Shown here piece after piece: positions 9,933-20,112 of a DNA stretch of 61,658 nucleotides. Numbering within the stretch: position 1 is the first letter of the stretch; each line of letters begins with the position of its first letter. The notes below the pieces were generated by a model that worked only from the letters and a program-made list of their open reading frames with translations, made no database searches and was not told the DNA's origin. Both the position numbers and the translations under genes were made by a program. The DNA is from a virus (lineage: Duplodnaviria; Caudoviricetes), in the IMG/VR virus record IMGVR_UViG_3300043640_000110, positions 1 through 61,658 of that record. One strand, 5' to 3'.

Positions 9933-10385
9933 ATGGGAGCAGTAATGACAATCGGACCTTCCTGCCGGGACCTGGGGTTATCCCTGGATGTGCTCTCTAA
10001 CTTTGTCCTGGGCGAATTGGAATGGGATTCGATCGATGGAATAATCTGCGGCATAGAACCGGGCTGGGATCAGGCTGTAGCTTTGACCGCCCTGGACATC
10101 GGCAAACCAGTTCACGTCATCACGCCCTATCCTGGCTGGGAAAAAAAGTGGTCCGATTCCATTCAAAAGAAATGCTTGCGAATTATCGATCAGGCAACCA
10201 CCTGGACGTACATGAACAGCATCCATGATGAGCGGCCAGCAGACGGCCATATGGTCGATTGTTCTGATTCAGCTCTGGCTCTGATCCCGGATGGCTGGAT
10301 GAGTAATCGCCTAAGCGTAGCAACGCTAAAGAAGATCCCAATTAACAATCTTTGGAGAGCGATTCATGAAGCGGGGGTTTTATGA
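9933..10385 (+). CDS. SLOG/YspA-like nucleotide-binding protein
   Basis: GWDQAVALTAL, VITPYPGW, MVDCSD pattern. Confidence 0.6.
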   Translation: MGAVMTIGPSCRDLGLSLDVLSNFVLGELEWDSIDGIICGIEPGWDQAVALTALDIGKPVHVITPYPGWEKKWSDSIQKKCLRIIDQATTWTYMNSIHDERPADGHMVDCSDSALALIPDGWMSNRLSVATLKKIPINNLWRAIHEAGVL

Positions 10386-10660
10386 CACAGCAAAAGAAGC
10401 GGGGGTTGTTTCATCCGGGACATGTAGCCACTGTCCGGAGACCGCAGCAGGTAAGCAATGAGCAGATTAATAAACTGCTGGTGATGTTGAGTATTGCCGG
10501 TGAAATCACATCGGATTTTAACGAACATACGAATCAGTGGGAATACGATGTTGACGGCGCGGTTCGGTGGGTTGAGCTGCAAATGGGTTACATGATTGAC
10601 AGTCTGGGCGAGTTGACAAACGGACAAATCGGGGCCTGTTTCGAGGAGTTGGACGGATGA
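10382..10660 (+). CDS. Hypothetical protein
   Basis: Translationally coupled ORF. Confidence 0.55.
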   Translation: MTQQKKRGLFHPGHVATVRRPQQVSNEQINKLLVMLSIAGEITSDFNEHTNQWEYDVDGAVRWVELQMGYMIDSLGELTNGQIGACFEELDG

Positions 10661-10811
10661 AATCTCAAAATATCTGCCAAAACCCAGGCTGTGGAAAGTC
10701 TATCGAACTCAAGGGGCCTAATGCCAACCAGGGCAAGAGTTACTGTAGCCCACGCTGCCGTGTTGCTGCATGGAATAAACGTAATCCGCGTATCCGGGAG
10801 AGTAAATAAAT

Positions 10812-11216
10812 ATGGCTGAAAAAATAACGGTCGCCAAAACGGTCGATAAAGTAGCAAAGTTTTCATTTAAAACCCTTCCGGAAGTACGGGAGGTGGCAGA
10901 GCTGAAATCACGCAAGAGGATAATCGCCCTGCTTACCAAATTGGCTGAATTGGACCTGGAGATGAAGGCCAATAAAACCCGCATGGACAAGACCAAGGAT
11001 GAGCTGGAAACCCTCCAGAACGAAACCGGCATGATCGGGTTCCGCTTTGAAAAGTTGTGCTTCATTTCCCGTGAGGTTCCCGGCAAGAAAACGCTGGATA
11101 AAATGGCGCTGATCGAAAACGGCGTCGAGCCTGAAGTAATTGAAAAGTCCATGAAAACCGGGAAATCGTATATCGAACACCGGTTCAAGGATATTTCAGA
11201 CGGGGAGGACGAATGA
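10812..11216 (+). CDS. Coiled-coil hypothetical protein
   Basis: Heptad-rich central region, RBS. Confidence 0.65.
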   Translation: MAEKITVAKTVDKVAKFSFKTLPEVREVAELKSRKRIIALLTKLAELDLEMKANKTRMDKTKDELETLQNETGMIGFRFEKLCFISREVPGKKTLDKMALIENGVEPEVIEKSMKTGKSYIEHRFKDISDGEDE

Positions 11217-11404
11217 ACAGCCGGGATCAGAAAGCTGCTCAGTGGGTCGCGGAAAACCGGGGGAGATTATCTGAGATTGCTGATAAAGTACGGCCCAAGG
11301 TTACGCCACAGTTCGTGCAGATGGTTTTGCGGGGGAAACGGAAAAGTGAAGACGGAAGAGTTGAGCGAGAACTGAAAAAGGCGGGGGCACCGGTATCGAA
11401 ATGA
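11213..11404 (+). CDS. Small HTH (Cro-like) protein
   Basis: LSEIADK..VTPQFVQMVLRGKRKS. Confidence 0.55.
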   Translation: MNSRDQKAAQWVAENRGRLSEIADKVRPKVTPQFVQMVLRGKRKSEDGRVERELKKAGAPVSK

Positions 11405-12564
11405 GCAAGTTTAATTTAAACCAGCCAGTTCCCATACTTTTACTAGGGGACGCCCCAGATCAAAAGACCGGCCTGGGCAGGCTCGGCAACGATCTCGCTT
11501 GGCTTCTCTCTTCCATGCCGGAATTCAAGGTTGGCTACCTGGGCCGTGGCGGAATGGGACGTGCCAAGAATCCCTGGGCGCAATACGCTTTCGCCGCTCA
11601 CGAACAATGGGGCGAATCGAAAATCGAGGACGCCTGGGACGATCTCAGCCAAGGCCAGCCGGGAATCATCTTCACTCTCTGGGACGCCAGCCGCTTGGTC
11701 TGGTTCGCCGATCCCACTGGCTTATCTCCTCAGCTGCAAAACTTCCTGACCTACGGCAATTTCGAGCGCTGGGGTTATTTCATGCAGGATTCAACGGGGA
11801 TTATTCCCAGTCAGATTCCCTTGGAATGTGCGGAAGTATTCGCCCGTTACAGCCGGGTTCTACTCAGCTCTAAATGGGGCCACCAGATCACGAAGAATTC
11901 TATTCAGCTGCCTGATGTGGACTGGATTCCACACGGTATTAATCGCTCCGTTTTCCAGCCTCAGGACCGCATGATTGCACGATCAGGCTGGGGAGTTAGC
12001 GAGAAGGAAATCGTCATCGGTTGCGTGATGTCCAACACCGCGCGTAAGCAGTGGCCGGTGGTCTTAGAGTCTATTGCCCTGATGCCGGGTCGGCCCAAGC
12101 TATGGATTCATACCGACCGGCTAGTGAATTACTGGAACTTGAATGCCCTCGCCGTCGAGTACGGATTAACCGGTGACAGGATTATTTTCGAAGACCGGTC
12201 ATTCTCCGATAAGGAATTGGCCTGGAGGTATTCCGCGTGTGATGCCACGGTCGTTATTAGCGGCGGGGAGGGATTCTGTTACCCGGTTGCGGAAAGCCTG
12301 AGCTGTGGAATCCCTGTGGTTACAGGCGAGTATGGCGCTGCCGGAGAGCTGACGGATCACGGGTCTATCCCTCCGAAATACAGCGTGATCGATACCAGTC
12401 ATAACGTGAGGCGCGCCCTTTATTCTGCCGTGGATGTGCGAGATTCTCTTCAACGATGTTTGGCTATTTATGGCGAGCTGGATTGTACCAAGCTGGTGAA
12501 TCATTTGGACTGGCCGAACTTGGGTCCGGTGTGGCGGAAGTGGTTACGGAAGGGGCTCGTCTGA
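11401..12564 (+). CDS. Glycosyltransferase family 4 (GT-B)
   Basis: TGLGR, IPHGIN, EGFCYPVAESLSCGIPVV. Confidence 0.9.
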   Translation: MSKFNLNQPVPILLLGDAPDQKTGLGRLGNDLAWLLSSMPEFKVGYLGRGGMGRAKNPWAQYAFAAHEQWGESKIEDAWDDLSQGQPGIIFTLWDASRLVWFADPTGLSPQLQNFLTYGNFERWGYFMQDSTGIIPSQIPLECAEVFARYSRVLLSSKWGHQITKNSIQLPDVDWIPHGINRSVFQPQDRMIARSGWGVSEKEIVIGCVMSNTARKQWPVVLESIALMPGRPKLWIHTDRLVNYWNLNALAVEYGLTGDRIIFEDRSFSDKELAWRYSACDATVVISGGEGFCYPVAESLSCGIPVVTGEYGAAGELTDHGSIPPKYSVIDTSHNVRRALYSAVDVRDSLQRCLAIYGELDCTKLVNHLDWPNLGPVWRKWLRKGLV

Positions 12565-12566
12565 AA

Positions 12567-12782
12567 ATGAAAGATGAAGACGTTCAGAAAATGATCGATT
12601 TTTTCTTTGTCCTACTAGCTTTTCTTGTTTTTATTTATGTTTGTGGAATCTGGCTTGGAGAGCAGCTAAATGGAAAAACAACTAAGTTTTATCGCAACAA
12701 CAATCACCACAGACACGCGCAAGCTAAGCGATTTCGAAACATCCACCACCGGAATAGCTGCAAACGTTTCCGTATATCATAA
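12567..12782 (+). CDS. Small membrane protein
   Basis: One hydrophobic segment; long overlap with the next gene. Confidence 0.35.
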   Translation: MKDEDVQKMIDFFFVLLAFLVFIYVCGIWLGEQLNGKTTKFYRNNNHHRHAQAKRFRNIHHRNSCKRFRIS

Positions 12783-13413
12783 CGAACCAAATTGCGGAGT
12801 TGTCCCGGCGCTTCAATCTGTCTATCGCCAACAAAAGGGCTATGACGTAATCGTTTTCATGCATGATGACGTGCTGATTTATGACCATCTATCTTCCAGC
12901 TGGTATGAACAGGTAATGGCCGAGTTCTGTGATCCCAAGGTAGCTATCGTCGGCCTGGGCGGCGCAAGCGGGATCGGCTTGCCTGATATCTACAAAATTC
13001 CCTACCGTACCAACCAGCTTCAACGCATTGATTATCGATCCAATCAGGAGGATTGGGAAATCCATGGCGGTCACGGGTTGGGCCGTAGGGATGTTGCCGT
13101 AGTGGATGGCTTCTTTATGGCCGTGCGGACTGAGTTCCTGAATCAGATCGATGGCTGGGCTGGATTTAAGCACAATTTCCACATGTATGATGCCTATCTT
13201 TGCCTGATGGCGGCGCGGAGGGGCTGGAAGGTTAGATGTGTTGGCGTGAAATGCTTGCATCGCGGAGGGGGAACGAGTACAAAAGCTGAATACGCGGAGT
13301 GGTGCAAGGAGCGCGGGACAACGATGGAGCGAGACCATCAGGAGCCGCATGTTTTTATCTATGAGGAGTTTCGAGACTTATTACCGCTGAGGGTTGGAGG
13401 TGAGGTTTTATGA
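12670..13413 (+). CDS. Glycosyltransferase (GT-A/GT2-like)
   Basis: FMHDDV, VVDGFFMAVR, FHMYDAYLCL. Confidence 0.85.
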   Translation: MEKQLSFIATTITTDTRKLSDFETSTTGIAANVSVYHNEPNCGVVPALQSVYRQQKGYDVIVFMHDDVLIYDHLSSSWYEQVMAEFCDPKVAIVGLGGASGIGLPDIYKIPYRTNQLQRIDYRSNQEDWEIHGGHGLGRRDVAVVDGFFMAVRTEFLNQIDGWAGFKHNFHMYDAYLCLMAARRGWKVRCVGVKCLHRGGGTSTKAEYAEWCKERGTTMERDHQEPHVFIYEEFRDLLPLRVGGEVL

Positions 13414-13964
13414 TCGCTTTTGAAGATGCAATGCAAATTACTCGCGGGGTATCGTCGGAGACCGCGTTTGACGACACGGAATTGCGCGCGCTTTACGATC
13501 TACTGTTGGAGGTTCCAAAAGGCGGCATCGTGACGGAGATAGGCTGTCAGATTGGCCGGTCTTCCTCGCTAATCCTTCAGTGTGCGCGAGACAATTTCCT
13601 TTCGGTTCATATTGACCCTTGGACAGTGCAGCCTGATTTTGCGGCCCAGTGGCATGATATGGCCTGGAAAATTGGTGTGCCTCATGTTGTATATCAAATG
13701 CGAACGGAAGACGTTTTAAATATCCGTCAATTGCCCCCTTTCGTTGATTTGCTTTTGATCGATGGCGATCACACCGAGGCCGGGTTATTGGTAGATGTAA
13801 AGATGGCTGAGTATTGCATTAGGTTTGGTGGAATTCTTTGTGCTCATGACTATGGCCGCGATTCACTTCCCGATGTAGAAAGAGTTTTGAGCAAGTCACT
13901 GAAAAGCCCATATTGGAACCAGTTAGGGTTATCTGGAACTCTTGGTTGCTGGCGGCGACTATGA
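13410..13964 (+). CDS. SAM-dependent methyltransferase (Methyltransf_24-like)
   Basis: EIGCQIGRSS, LLLIDGDH, GGILCAHDY. Confidence 0.88.
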   Translation: MIAFEDAMQITRGVSSETAFDDTELRALYDLLLEVPKGGIVTEIGCQIGRSSSLILQCARDNFLSVHIDPWTVQPDFAAQWHDMAWKIGVPHVVYQMRTEDVLNIRQLPPFVDLLLIDGDHTEAGLLVDVKMAEYCIRFGGILCAHDYGRDSLPDVERVLSKSLKSPYWNQLGLSGTLGCWRRL

Positions 13965-14680
13965 CCAATATTGTAATGCTGGTACATGGCAGGCGAGCTT
14001 TAACTCAGCAGTCTATCGACACGCTGTTAAAAAACACTGCGCGAAGTGCTTTCAATTTAACGGTAATCGGAGACGATGCTCACCCAGGTGATTATGAAAG
14101 CGATACCGCACGCCTGTGGCCAGAAGACCCTAGGAGCCTGGAATGGATTCAAGTTCATAACTCGGATCACAATCTAGCCAAGCTCCGCAATCTCGGGGTC
14201 TACTGGAGCCAGCATCGTTTCGGGCGCGGGGAATATCTCTACCTCGCGGACAACGATTCCTATTTCACTCCTGGCTGGCTGGATATCCTTCACTCCGCTT
14301 ATGAACAATACAAGGTTGAGCGCTTCGTTCTAATCGGCGGCCAGAATCATCACTATCACCAGCCCATTAATCATGATCGCTGGATTGGGGGAACTCATAA
14401 GCCCGCGTGTGTCCTCCGCGAATACGGAGCCCTGGCCGGTACTTCTCACTTCATGAAGTGGGCGACATGGGATAAGTTCGGCCCTCAGGTGGAAACGGGC
14501 AACTCCGGTCCCTGCCAAAGCGAAGATACCGAATTCTGTGAGCGTATCCGCGCTACCGGGGGAAGAGTAGGAGCGGTCTGGCCGGAGGTGGTTTATGACG
14601 CGGGGATTAAGCAAACCGGTGGAGAGCTGAGTCCTGGAGCGAATACGAAAACGCGGTACCCAGGAGTTGTTTATGAATAA
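13961..14680 (+). CDS. Glycosyltransferase family 2
   Basis: LRNLG, YLADNDSYFTPGWL, SEDTEFCER. Confidence 0.85.
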   Translation: MTNIVMLVHGRRALTQQSIDTLLKNTARSAFNLTVIGDDAHPGDYESDTARLWPEDPRSLEWIQVHNSDHNLAKLRNLGVYWSQHRFGRGEYLYLADNDSYFTPGWLDILHSAYEQYKVERFVLIGGQNHHYHQPINHDRWIGGTHKPACVLREYGALAGTSHFMKWATWDKFGPQVETGNSGPCQSEDTEFCERIRATGGRVGAVWPEVVYDAGIKQTGGELSPGANTKTRYPGVVYE

Positions 14681-15185
14681 TGATTGCCAGATCAATCTAG
14701 GTTCCGGTCAGCGCAAGTTTTCCTCCCCCTGGATAAACGTAGACGTACAAGCAAAGTGGACCCCGGATATCATCTCTGACGGTGTATCCATGCCCATGTT
14801 TGCGGATAACTCCGCAAAAACCATCGTCATGCATCACGTCTTAGAACACTTCGGATGCAATGAGGCGGATCATGTCATCAGAGAATGCTACCGAATCCTA
14901 GCTCCTGGCGGTAGTTTAATTGTAACCGTGCCTGATATTCCAAATTTAATGAAGGGCTTCTTTCAGGATCGGATTAATTTACAGGTTTTAATGACCAATC
15001 TCTACGGTGCCTACATGGGCGACGAAGCGGATCGGCACAAGTGGGGCTATGGCAGCTTGAGCCTGTATCAATACCTATTCCAGTGCGCCCCGTGGAAGAA
15101 AGCTATTACGTTTGACCATCGGGAGATTCCGGGAGCGGACATCGCAAAAGACTGGTGGATTTTAGGTATGGAGGCTATTAAATGA
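14673..15185 (+). CDS. SAM-dependent methyltransferase (Methyltransf_11-like)
   Basis: INLGSG, WINVD, HVLEH, RILAPGG. Confidence 0.88.
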   Translation: MNNDCQINLGSGQRKFSSPWINVDVQAKWTPDIISDGVSMPMFADNSAKTIVMHHVLEHFGCNEADHVIRECYRILAPGGSLIVTVPDIPNLMKGFFQDRINLQVLMTNLYGAYMGDEADRHKWGYGSLSLYQYLFQCAPWKKAITFDHREIPGADIAKDWWILGMEAIK

Positions 15186-15361
15186 CAGATGAAGAAAAGC
15201 AAGCCAGTAATGCCGCGTTTGAAGCGGGATGCATCGCGCCGGAAGGATCTATGTGGAGATGTTTGGCATGCGGACGGATAAGTAAAAACCGGATGGGTGG
15301 GGACACGACCGGCTGGGATGAGTCTTGTTTCTTAAACTCGGAATTGGAGGCCGTGAAATGA
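15182..15361 (+). CDS. Small Cys-containing protein (59 aa)
   Basis: ATGA-coupled at both ends; WRCLACGR. Confidence 0.5.
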   Translation: MTDEEKQASNAAFEAGCIAPEGSMWRCLACGRISKNRMGGDTTGWDESCFLNSELEAVK

Positions 15362-16326
15362 ATCCAGGATTGATCGTCTTAACATGCCGCAACGGCCTGG
15401 AACTATCCAAAGCCTGTCTCGCTTCTCTAAAACTACAGCATCTACGCCCAAACATCCTGATCGTGGACAATAACAGCTCAGACGGTACAACGGCCTGGGC
15501 TAGATCGGAAGCGGAGCGAGATGCAAGGATCTTTCGGACGACTTACAATTACACCGCAAGCGTATCTACTCTCTGGAATGATGCCCTAAGATTTGCCTGG
15601 GCGCGGGGATATGAAGACGCGCTTATTGTGAATAACGATACCGAACTCCTGCCTGAAACTTACGAGTCTCTTCACTGCTGGGCGATCCCTATCTGGAACG
15701 AGGGCGACGGCAGTGAATCGGGTATGGTGACGTGCGTTAGTAGGCGTCATAAGGATGAGTTGGTTTACGATCGGATGATTACTGCAAGGAACCACCCGGA
15801 TTTTTCTTGCTTCCTGATCCGGTGTTGGGCCTGGGAACGGGTCGGCGGGTTCGATGAGGAGTATGTAGGAGCGTATTACGAAGACAACGACTTTCATGTC
15901 AGGCTTCATCGCGCCGGTATTCCTGCGGTATCTATCAGCATTCCTTTCCTTCATCACGGCGGGAGTACGCTGAAGAAGGCCCCAATGGAGGAGCGCCGGA
16001 GAATAGAGTCTAATGCCAGTAAGAATCGAGAGAGATTCTTCCGCTCGTATGGGTGTTATCCGGGGACACGAGGGTATGAAAAGCTATTCGAGGAGGATTT
16101 CAACTCGAAGCGCAAACAGGTTATCAGCGATCTGGCTAAAGCGGAAATGGCGGAAGGGATTTACGATACTACCGCTGAACGGGCGGCTTTTCTAGCAGAT
16201 CAATCACGGTCCCCTTTGTCACCGGCTGAACCGCCTTCTTTAGCATCGATGGCGCACCCCTCCGGAGGGTGGAAAGCAGCGCCAGAGACTCACCCACGGC
16301 CCGAGGAGAAGCAAATACAGCCGTAG
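15358..16326 (+). CDS. Glycosyltransferase family 2
   Basis: IVDNNSSDGT, NNDT, VGGFDEEY, YEDNDF. Confidence 0.9.
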   Translation: MNPGLIVLTCRNGLELSKACLASLKLQHLRPNILIVDNNSSDGTTAWARSEAERDARIFRTTYNYTASVSTLWNDALRFAWARGYEDALIVNNDTELLPETYESLHCWAIPIWNEGDGSESGMVTCVSRRHKDELVYDRMITARNHPDFSCFLIRCWAWERVGGFDEEYVGAYYEDNDFHVRLHRAGIPAVSISIPFLHHGGSTLKKAPMEERRRIESNASKNRERFFRSYGCYPGTRGYEKLFEEDFNSKRKQVISDLAKAEMAEGIYDTTAERAAFLADQSRSPLSPAEPPSLASMAHPSGGWKAAPETHPRPEEKQIQP

Positions 16327-17752
16327 CTGCCGCAGCGGGGCTGTGTAAATACGCACCAACAGCCAGGGGGGTTGAGGCTAAAGTTCCTTGTAATCCCCTT
16401 GGCATTACCTGACGCATGGAATATCCCGCCAGAGTATCTTTTAATTCACTTCCAGCGGCAGCATCCAAGGATTCCAGTAGGATCTTCCGGTAATCATTGT
16501 TCTGGTTGAGGGCATACGATAGTTTACGGATAGTCGTGCCTGGGTTTGTTGCGTTAGCAGAAAGCTCCGATCGTACATTATTCAATAACTCTGAAGCCTT
16601 AGAGTAGTCCCTGGTCATCTCCGTGTAACCGGGGACATTGTTCTCTAATTCCGTGCGGATGGTTCCCCCAAGTCGATTAAAAAATGGCGCGATATCAGGG
16701 CTTGCGGCATCGGCATATTCATACATAAGCTGCTTTAAGGAGTCCATCCCAGCGGGGGATTGATCCGTTGAAAGCACGATCTTGTTTACGGCATCTTGGA
16801 TTAATTGGCGATCTTCTTTCCGCGTGATTCCGTCTAGCTTATGATTCCCCGAGAAGTCAAGATTATGAAGGCCGCTCTTAGTGTTGATGCGATAATTCTT
16901 AAACTCGTTCATCATGCTCTGGCCAACCGGCAGTTTAGGGACTTGAATCTTAGGGTTTAAACCGGAGAGCTGAGCCTGATAAGCTACGCGGCGGTTGTCG
17001 GCAACAGTTTTAACTGCGTTCTTTAAGTCGCTGACGATTTCAGTTTCGGTGACTCGATTTCGCATCGCATCTTTAAACCGTCGTGACGTAGTGGTTGCTG
17101 CCGTGCGTACGGCTTCTCCCCCGGCCCCAGTAGTCTTACCCAGTAGATCGCTTGCCCCCCGAATCAAAAGAGGCGCACCACCAGCGATCGCCGGAACCGC
17201 TCCCCCTAACAGTGCCGCCTTGCCTATCTCTCCGGTATCGCCACCGGAGCGCAACCCTTCAACCGCTCCCGCAGCCCCAGCTTCGCCTGCAACGCGCGCG
17301 ACATAAGGAGCAACCCGCGCCAGCTTAGTTCCGGCGCTTAATGTTTCAGCCGCCTTAACGCCTTTCCCTACTAGTCCACTAGGGGATGCGAACTGCAAAA
17401 TCGTACTCGCTAATGCTCCAGTCTTTCCGGCTATGGTCGGAGGAGGAGTAATACTTGCTTGTACTTCTGGGCTATCAATAACACGATCCATCCCGACCGC
17501 CCTGCGAAGTAGATCACCCCCCTCGAATACGGTTTTCGCGATGTCGGAACCGAAACCAGTCAATACATCCCCGACCATCGTATTGGCACTAGGTGGCTTG
17601 CTGATTGGGCCGCTTCGGATATACTTAGCCGCTTTATCTTTCAGGGCCGAGGCTGCGTTCTTAGCTTTTTGGTCAAGCGTTTGTGGAGGTCCATCGGGAA
17701 CAAACCCATCCGCCTCAAAGCCGTCATTATCTGGAATGAAATCGTCAGGCAT
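16169..17752 (-). CDS. Putative internal virion/DNA ejection protein
   Basis: DFIPD N-terminal repeats, Gly/Ala-rich segment, last gene of the virion operon. Confidence 0.55.
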   Translation of the reverse strand: MPDDFIPDNDGFEADGFVPDGPPQTLDQKAKNAASALKDKAAKYIRSGPISKPPSANTMVGDVLTGFGSDIAKTVFEGGDLLRRAVGMDRVIDSPEVQASITPPPTIAGKTGALASTILQFASPSGLVGKGVKAAETLSAGTKLARVAPYVARVAGEAGAAGAVEGLRSGGDTGEIGKAALLGGAVPAIAGGAPLLIRGASDLLGKTTGAGGEAVRTAATTTSRRFKDAMRNRVTETEIVSDLKNAVKTVADNRRVAYQAQLSGLNPKIQVPKLPVGQSMMNEFKNYRINTKSGLHNLDFSGNHKLDGITRKEDRQLIQDAVNKIVLSTDQSPAGMDSLKQLMYEYADAASPDIAPFFNRLGGTIRTELENNVPGYTEMTRDYSKASELLNNVRSELSANATNPGTTIRKLSYALNQNNDYRKILLESLDAAAGSELKDTLAGYSMRQVMPRGLQGTLASTPLAVGAYLHSPAAAATAVFASPRAVGESLALLSTLRRGAPSMLKKAVQPVTKGTVIDLLEKPPVQR

Positions 17753-17754
17753 TT

Positions 17755-19488
17755 TTATTGCCGCTCATACTTAGCCGGGTCGAAAGCGCTCTCTGAAATA
17801 GTCCCTGGCTGACCATCTGATTTGCGAATCACTTTAATCTTTCCTGGGGGAGCTGAAATTCCACCACCTTCAATCTGTGGAATTTGTCCCTCCTGGCGAG
17901 GCCCTAACATAGAGCGCCGCGTGTTGTAGTTGTTCCGCAAGATCTCCAGGGCTACCTTGGTTTTTGTCAATGCCTGCTGAACAGTGTCATTCAGGGATGG
18001 AGTGTTTAAAACAAACCGCTCCAATTCTGTTCCCGTTAATTGCTTGCCGCCGTTCTGGAAGGCTTGACTTGTTAACAGAGTGCTGAGACGATTCGCAAGT
18101 TCAATTTCCGTCTCAGACGCCCCGGAGCCACCCAGCTTGTCAATCTCATACATCTTAACCCGGCCCAGAGCAGGACCCTGCACCTGATATTGCGGGTCTT
18201 TAAACATCGTCTCGACCGTTTTAAATTGATCGTAAGCGTTCTTAATCCCGGCTAGCTGGTCTTGCGTCCCCTGTGGAACGGTTGGAGGCGCGGTTAAGCT
18301 AAGACCCTGTTGTCCACCTGTAGTAGGAGTGCTATCGGCGGCGTATACGGTTCGTACGGCGGGCTTACCAATGGCCTGGGACCGAGGCAGCCAAGTAGGA
18401 ACGCCGTTAACCATAACCTGGGATAGAGGTTCACCGGAAGCGCTCATATTGCGCTGGATTTTCTCGATATCGCTGGAGGTTGGCTCTTGTCCAGGATGTT
18501 CGTTCTTCCAGGCAGCCAGGGCATTGTTAAACGCTCCGGTAGGAGGGGGCGGGATCTTAGGCAATCCCTGCCCTATTTTTTCTCCTGTATCTTCATTTAT
18601 CAGGACTTCATCGGGAGCGAGCTTTACGTTACTGGTTCCGGCACGCTTCAGGTCTCCCGTGGCGACATTAAAGATCCAGTTGCCCCCGGCGCTGGCCCAA
18701 CGCTCTCCATTCCCAGCGGCTTCTACCTGTTTGTTCCGAATGAAATTAGCAATCTGAACCGGCGTAGTTAAATCAATGGAGCGTGCGAGATCCACGAGGG
18801 CGCGCAAATCTTGAACCTGTGACTGGCGCTCCTCCTCCGGCGTATTCGGAATGTTTTTGTAATACGCATACTGTTCTCCATCGCGCGAGAATTCATTCTG
18901 CCGTCGCGGGGGTGGAGGCAATTGCGGCATCGCCATAGGTAACGGCGCAGGAGTTCCAAACCCAGGACTGGGCATGCCGCTCACTGGAGGAGGGGAATCC
19001 GATCCAGGTTGGGCACTCTGCGGATTCTGCTGGCCCTCCTGCATGGCCTGATTTAGATACGTAGGGACCGGAGGCGTCGGCAATTGATACTCTGCTGGCC
19101 CGGTGGTCTCCATGCGAGGCATTCCCCCCTGACCCTCCGCACCGCCTGGGAAATTTACCTCAGTGCTTACAGACTCTTTTTGCGGAGGCTTCTCAATGGG
19201 AGACTGAACATCAAACCTCCCCTCCTGAATTCCCTTCCCAAGATGACGAACCATCAAAGCATGGGTGTCCGTAGCTTCCTTGGGCGGCTTCTTTCCCGGA
19301 GGCGTACTGCGGATCGCGAAAGCAGCCTTCAGGAGTTCCGGCGCGAATTCATCCGTGGCGCTCTCTGCCATTTTTTCGTATTGGGCGGCGAGGTTCTGAT
19401 AAGCTTCATGCTCAACGGCAGCTTTCTGAATATTCTCACGCTGGATTTCGCCTCCAAGCCCTGCTAATACTCCCGCAAAAGATCCCAT
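17755..19488 (-). CDS. Putative internal virion/ejection protein
   Basis: Pro/Gln-rich, 577 aa, podovirus ejection-gene position. Confidence 0.5.
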   Translation of the reverse strand: MGSFAGVLAGLGGEIQRENIQKAAVEHEAYQNLAAQYEKMAESATDEFAPELLKAAFAIRSTPPGKKPPKEATDTHALMVRHLGKGIQEGRFDVQSPIEKPPQKESVSTEVNFPGGAEGQGGMPRMETTGPAEYQLPTPPVPTYLNQAMQEGQQNPQSAQPGSDSPPPVSGMPSPGFGTPAPLPMAMPQLPPPPRRQNEFSRDGEQYAYYKNIPNTPEEERQSQVQDLRALVDLARSIDLTTPVQIANFIRNKQVEAAGNGERWASAGGNWIFNVATGDLKRAGTSNVKLAPDEVLINEDTGEKIGQGLPKIPPPPTGAFNNALAAWKNEHPGQEPTSSDIEKIQRNMSASGEPLSQVMVNGVPTWLPRSQAIGKPAVRTVYAADSTPTTGGQQGLSLTAPPTVPQGTQDQLAGIKNAYDQFKTVETMFKDPQYQVQGPALGRVKMYEIDKLGGSGASETEIELANRLSTLLTSQAFQNGGKQLTGTELERFVLNTPSLNDTVQQALTKTKVALEILRNNYNTRRSMLGPRQEGQIPQIEGGGISAPPGKIKVIRKSDGQPGTISESAFDPAKYERQ

Positions 19489-20105
19489 TACGCGCCTCCC
19501 GTTTTAAAGAGCTTGCCCCAGTCAACGGACTTGGCGATGTTATAGATTCCCGATCCCATTTCCTTGCCGGTATCGTATGATTTCTGCTGTTGAGACGCTA
19601 AGCTATTCCCTAATCCCCCAAACCCAGCCATCCCGGAACCGATTGCAGACGTTCCTAGTTGTCCTACTCCCAGGCCGAGCTTGCTCAGGGCATCCGCCGC
19701 ATTTGTGCGCGCGCTAGAGAACAAGTTATTAATGGTAGCCATTTGCTGAAATGGTAGCTGATTAAACAGTGTGGCTCTCCCTCCCGATCGCGGAGCCAAA
19801 TCCGTAGCAGTTTGCTTGGCGACATTGAAGCCGCTATTGGTCTGCGAGATATCCGGCGCGAGGGATTGAGAGACCTGACCACGATTCCCGCTAAAGATAG
19901 ACTGGAAATAATTCTGAGGCCCCGCGAGATTGGCTTGGGCCTGATCTAAAAAACTAAGTCCTTTGCTGCCTGTGGCCGACGCTAACTGCTGGATGGAGTT
20001 ATTAACATCCTTCTGTTGTTGCGAGGGACCACCGAATAATTTACTTGCCACCCCTCCACCCACCAGGGAGGCGATAGCCGGAATAGCTGGCACGAGGAAG
20101 GGCAT
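19488..20105 (-). CDS. Putative DNA pilot/ejection protein
   Basis: Hydrophobic Gly-rich N-terminus, Gln/Gly/Ser-rich body. Confidence 0.55.
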   Translation of the reverse strand: MPFLVPAIPAIASLVGGGVASKLFGGPSQQQKDVNNSIQQLASATGSKGLSFLDQAQANLAGPQNYFQSIFSGNRGQVSQSLAPDISQTNSGFNVAKQTATDLAPRSGGRATLFNQLPFQQMATINNLFSSARTNAADALSKLGLGVGQLGTSAIGSGMAGFGGLGNSLASQQQKSYDTGKEMGSGIYNIAKSVDWGKLFKTGGA

Positions 20106-20112
20106 AATGGAA

